DNA of 26,513 nucleotides, from positions 1 to 26,513 of the IMG/VR virus record IMGVR_UViG_3300048593_000456, one strand, 5' to 3'. The stretch comes from a virus. Its lineage: Duplodnaviria; Heunggongvirae; Uroviricota; Caudoviricetes. This document shows positions 23,480 through 26,513 of this stretch, in pieces; the stretch's first letter is position 1; the number at the start of each line of letters is the position of its first letter. Both the position numbers and the translations under genes were made by a program. Under the pieces are notes generated by a model. It saw nothing but the letters and a program-made list of their open reading frames with translations. It did no database searches and had not been told where the DNA came from.

Positions 23480-23696
23480 AACTAAAAAGAAAAAGCTTCG
23501 GGAAAAATCTGTATATCAAAAAGTCCTAAAAAGACGACAGAAGATTCGGGAAGATAACAGGTTAAAATATGTTTTAGGAAAACTTGCAAAGGAAACTGAA
23601 AAGTTGTCTGCTCCTAAAACTATGCTAAGAAAATATAAAATGGAATTGCTTGAAGAACGTAAAACAATTCCTGAAAACGGAGAAAAAAATAGTTGA
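23463..23696 (+). CDS. basic hypothetical protein (77 aa)
   Basis: AAGGG RBS; Lys/Arg-rich. Confidence 0.6.
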   Translation: MLTKHKTKKKKLREKSVYQKVLKRRQKIREDNRLKYVLGKLAKETEKLSAPKTMLRKYKMELLEERKTIPENGEKNS

Positions 23697-23720
23697 CAAA
23701 TCAAATCTGTGAACTATAAT
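23693..23720 (+). promoter_or_regulatory. promoter of the ncRNA-Ro60 operon
   Basis: TTGACA-N16-TATAAT. Confidence 0.85.
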
Positions 23721-23800
23721 AAAACAAAACAGGGATGAATGAAAAAGATTAACTGAATGCTTATCAAAAAACTCTTTTTCAACTTTTTGCCCGTTTTTAT

Positions 23801-23918
23801 TGTGAGATAGCTTAATGGTAGAGCACGTAAAACTCTTGTATACTTTTTTACTATGTACGATAATACAAGATTAACCACTGTTAATGGCGTTGTGTAGGTT
23901 CGATTCCTGCTCTCACAG
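23801..23918 (+). ncRNA. tRNA-Asn(GTT)-shaped RNA with 47-nt hairpin insertion (candidate Y-like RNA 1)
   Basis: TGTGAGA/TCTCACA-G73, D GCTT/GAGC, T GTAGG-TTCGATT-CCTGC. Removing 23828-23874 gives CGCCA-CT-GTT-AA-TGGCG. Insert stem TCTTGTAT/ATACAAGA. Confidence 0.8.
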
Positions 23919-23921
23919 CTT

Positions 23922-24037
23922 CCGCCTATGTTGTAATGGTAGCACAATAACTCAAGCATTGTTTTTTACTATGTACGTTTGATGTTTGATTAACTTTTTG
24001 GTGTAAAGCGGTCTAGGTTCGATTCCTAGTAGGCGGG
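23922..24037 (+). ncRNA. tRNA-shaped RNA (Gln-like scaffold) with hairpin insertion (candidate Y-like RNA 2)
   Basis: CCGCCTA/TAGGCGG-G73, D TTG-TAATGGTAG-CAC, T CTAGG-TTCGATT-CCTAG. Insert stem TCAAGCATTG/TGATGTTTGA with the same 16-nt loop as RNA 1. Confidence 0.75.
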
Positions 24038-24063
24038 CTACTTTTATTTATTGGAGAAATATT

Positions 24064-25638
24064 ATGACTTTTAAGTATTTGAATCAAAAAACTTCTGTTC
24101 AAAATCCTATCGCTGGCCGTAAAGAAATGGTTCAAACCAACGGCGGCGGTTACGCTTTCAAGATTGACCATCTTCAAATGCTTGACAGATTTTTGAGTCT
24201 CGGGGCCACCTCCGGTACTTATTATATGTCGAAAGAAAAAGTACAGTATACTAATACTGAAAACATTGTTTTGTGTATACAGTCTACTCCTAATGAAACA
24301 TTAGATAGAATCGTTGAAGTTTCCAGTAAGGGTCTTGCACATAAGAACGATCACGCTATTTACGCACTTGCGTTAGTTTTTGTTCATGGAAACAACTCTA
24401 TTAAAACTAGGGCCGTTGCGGAATTCAGCAAGGTTGTACGAACTGCTACTCACCTGTTTATGTTTTGTGCTTTCATTAAAGAAATGCGTGGTTTTGGCAA
24501 GCTTGTGCGTCAAGCCATCAACAATTGGTATGTATCAAAAGATACTAAGTCTTTTGCATATCAGGTTTCTAAGTATCAGCAACGTGATGGTTGGTCTCAC
24601 AAAGACGTATTTTGCCTGACTCACCCAAAGTTTGGTAAGACCACTAATATGAATAAAATTGCTAAGTGGGCTATGGGTAACTTGGATACTTCCAACCTAA
24701 AGCCCTCTGATGAAGGACTTGTTCTATGCAAGGCAGTTGATGATGCAAAACACATCAAAAACGCTAAAGAATTAGTAGATCATATCTCGAAGTATAAACT
24801 ACAGAGAGAACATATTCCTACTGAATTTTTGAATAAGCCTGAAATTCAAGAAGCTTTGCTTCCGCATATGAACGCTACGGCACTTATCAGAAGTCTTTCG
24901 GTAATGACTGCCAGCGGGCTTATCTCGCCACTGTCTAGCTCAACAAAGTATATTGTCGGCAGGCTAAATGATAAGGATTGGCTTAGAGGTCAAAGAATTC
25001 ATCCACTTTCTATTCTAGTCGCGAATAGAATTTATGGACAAGGCAGGGGCTTGAAAGGTTCGCTTACTTGGAATACAGATAGAAATATTTTGGACGCACT
25101 AGAAAATGCTTTTTATAATGCTTTTGATGCTATCCAGCCTACTAATAAGAATTATATGTATGGAATTGATGTTTCGGGTTCCATGAGTTTTAGTTTTAGC
25201 GACACGCCATTGCAATTCTGTGAAGTTGCGGCTGTTCTTGCAATGGCTCATGTACGCACAGAGCCTTGGACATTCGTTGGCGGTTTTGCGAGCAACTTTG
25301 TAGATTTAAAAATATCTAGCAAAGATACATTGAAGTCTGCTACTGAAAAATGCCTTAAGAATAATTTCGGATCGACTAATCCTTCCGCAGTTCTTTCTTA
25401 TGCCAAGCAAAATAAAATGGATGTTGATTGTTTCATAATTATCACAGATAACGAAGTTAATTCTGGTAATCACGTTTCGTCCGAACTTAAATCTAACTTT
25501 CCTAAGTCTAAGATGATTGTTTGCGGGCTTGCGGTAAATAACTTTAGCATTGCAGATCCTAAAAATCCTAACATGCTAGATATCGCTGGATTTTCCCCGG
25601 AAATTACCTCTGCGATTTCTTCGTTCACACGCTCTTGA
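24064..25638 (+). CDS. rsr: Ro60 / TROVE-vWA RNA-binding protein (Rsr homolog)
   Basis: 524 aa; N-terminal NGGGYAF...LDRFL.LG..SGTYY, KYQQRDGWSHKD, HPL, vWA MIDAS DVSGSM, ITDNE, NNFSIADP..P.MLD.AGF; GGAG RBS. Confidence 0.93.
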   Translation: MTFKYLNQKTSVQNPIAGRKEMVQTNGGGYAFKIDHLQMLDRFLSLGATSGTYYMSKEKVQYTNTENIVLCIQSTPNETLDRIVEVSSKGLAHKNDHAIYALALVFVHGNNSIKTRAVAEFSKVVRTATHLFMFCAFIKEMRGFGKLVRQAINNWYVSKDTKSFAYQVSKYQQRDGWSHKDVFCLTHPKFGKTTNMNKIAKWAMGNLDTSNLKPSDEGLVLCKAVDDAKHIKNAKELVDHISKYKLQREHIPTEFLNKPEIQEALLPHMNATALIRSLSVMTASGLISPLSSSTKYIVGRLNDKDWLRGQRIHPLSILVANRIYGQGRGLKGSLTWNTDRNILDALENAFYNAFDAIQPTNKNYMYGIDVSGSMSFSFSDTPLQFCEVAAVLAMAHVRTEPWTFVGGFASNFVDLKISSKDTLKSATEKCLKNNFGSTNPSAVLSYAKQNKMDVDCFIIITDNEVNSGNHVSSELKSNFPKSKMIVCGLAVNNFSIADPKNPNMLDIAGFSPEITSAISSFTRS

Positions 25639-25662
25639 CAAATGCTGATCTCGTGTTAAAAT
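25635..25662 (+). promoter_or_regulatory. sigma70-type promoter
   Basis: TTGACA-N16-TAAAAT, TG extended; the -35 contains the Ro60 stop codon. Confidence 0.75.
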
Positions 25663-25694
25663 AGCCAGAGAACAACTCTCTGGCTTTATTTTTT
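25663..25694 (+). terminator. Rho-independent terminator of the Ro60 operon
   Basis: AGCCAGAGA-ACAAC-TCTCTGGCT followed by a T-rich tract. Confidence 0.75.
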
Positions 25695-25695
25695 T

Positions 25696-26166
25696 ATGGA
25701 GACTACTGTGGAACTAATTATTTTTTTTATTATTCTTTCTCCTGTTATAGCAGCTCTGTATGTATCGTATCAAGCGAAGGACGGAAAATCTCAAGGATTC
25801 ACACATAAACATGAGCCGGTAAAATATGTTACGCCAGAGCAGCTTATGCTTAGAAATACCTACATTCGTGCTTTAGATGGGGATTGGCGTGCCAGAGAAT
25901 GGCTGACAAAGAACTTTTTTGATGCGGATAAACTTAGGGAAGAAAACAAGAAAAAACCTCAAAAACCAAAACCTAAAAAGCAAAATACTCCCAAGAAAAA
26001 CACTACTCCGAGCGATAATAAGCAAAAGCTTATAGTTTCTGAGGCTGTATCGGCTTTAATTAGCCTTGGTCATTCTCCCACGCAAGCTAAAATAATTGTG
26101 CAAAACAAGCTATCGGAAAAAGTATATAAATCAACAGAGGAATTAATTACAGATGTATACGGATAG
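25696..26166 (+). CDS. membrane-anchored protein with RuvA C-terminal-like domain
   Basis: N-terminal TM, Lys/Pro linker, C-terminal EAVSALISLGHSPTQAK.IV...STEELI resembling RuvA domain III. Confidence 0.65.
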   Translation: METTVELIIFFIILSPVIAALYVSYQAKDGKSQGFTHKHEPVKYVTPEQLMLRNTYIRALDGDWRAREWLTKNFFDADKLREENKKKPQKPKPKKQNTPKKNTTPSDNKQKLIVSEAVSALISLGHSPTQAKIIVQNKLSEKVYKSTEELITDVYG

Positions 26167-26392
26167 AGAAGTAAATATAATACATGGATTATTTAGTACA
26201 TATTTTACAAATGTAAAAATAATCAACGAAGAAACCTCCCTAACAGTTTTTTTTGATGAAGTAGATTACGAAGAAATGAAAAGAAAAATTGAAGATCAAG
26301 AACTGTTGGATGCGATAGGAATAACTTTAAAAGTAAACGGAATTAAATTTAACACCTTTACTCTTGCTTTAAATTTTTGCCAAATAATATGA
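26153..26392 (+). CDS. hypothetical protein (79 aa)
   Basis: ORF track; overlaps the previous stop. Confidence 0.6.
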   Translation: MYTDREVNIIHGLFSTYFTNVKIINEETSLTVFFDEVDYEEMKRKIEDQELLDAIGITLKVNGIKFNTFTLALNFCQII

Positions 26393-26513
26393 AAACAGCA
26401 GATATTTTTATACTTAAATCTGGTCACGAAAATGAAACATCTTTTCACGAAGAAACTTCTTATTACAACGTTAATGATATTTATAAACAATCAGAGTCTT
26501 TAAAACTATCATG
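26389..26513 (+). CDS. hypothetical protein, 3' truncated
   Basis: ATGA overlap; MKTADIFILKSGHENE... open to the window end. Confidence 0.5.
   Translation, partial: MKTADIFILKSGHENETSFHEETSYYNVNDIYKQSESLKLS

Noticed and set aside
23714-23959. Minus-strand 81-aa ORF
   Set aside because: Antisense shadow of the tRNA-shaped RNAs
23860-23961. Circularly permuted YrlA read across the two tandem RNAs
   Set aside because: It would need TCTCACA to pair with CCGCCTA as a loop-closed acceptor stem, and they are not complementary. Each RNA closes on its own ends.
28-26490. Most minus-strand ORFs in the track (28, 797, 1567, 3484, 3938, 4837, 5348, 6473, 7000, 9982, 11473, 12941, 13212, 15798, 18764, 19303, 19391, 20440, 21598, 22725, 23516, 26296) and the + strand ORF 24380
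   Set aside because: They overlap better-supported + strand genes or tRNAs and lack RBS or promoter support
1-26513. CRISPR array, transposase or integrase, stop-codon reassignment
   Set aside because: No regularly spaced repeats, no mobile-element motifs, no suppressor tRNA, and genes close normally with TAA, TGA and TAG

Overview
AT-rich segment of a large (jumbo-like) tailed phage genome, most likely an early or accessory region. It holds about 70 short, tightly packed, almost all + strand hypothetical ORFs, about 21 consensus TTGACA-N16-TAnnnT promoters, six intact tRNAs (Ile-TAT, Lys-TTT, Glu-TTC, 2x Arg-TCT, Leu-TAA) and several tRNA relics or tRNA-shaped RNAs. Recognisable proteins: Gp88-like (5' truncated), nucleotidyltransferase-like, GatB/YqeY, methyltransferase-like, Ro60/TROVE (Rsr) and a membrane-anchored RuvA C-terminal-like protein. 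The most striking locus is 23693-25638: one promoter drives two tandem ~117-nt tRNA-shaped RNAs (Asn-type and probably Gln-type scaffolds) and then Ro60. Each RNA carries a ~45-nt hairpin inserted into the anticodon stem with an identical 16-nt loop, which makes them candidate non-permuted Y-like RNAs. A Planctomycetota host is suggested by weak signatures only (inference). All family names come from motif recognition by eye; no database search was run.
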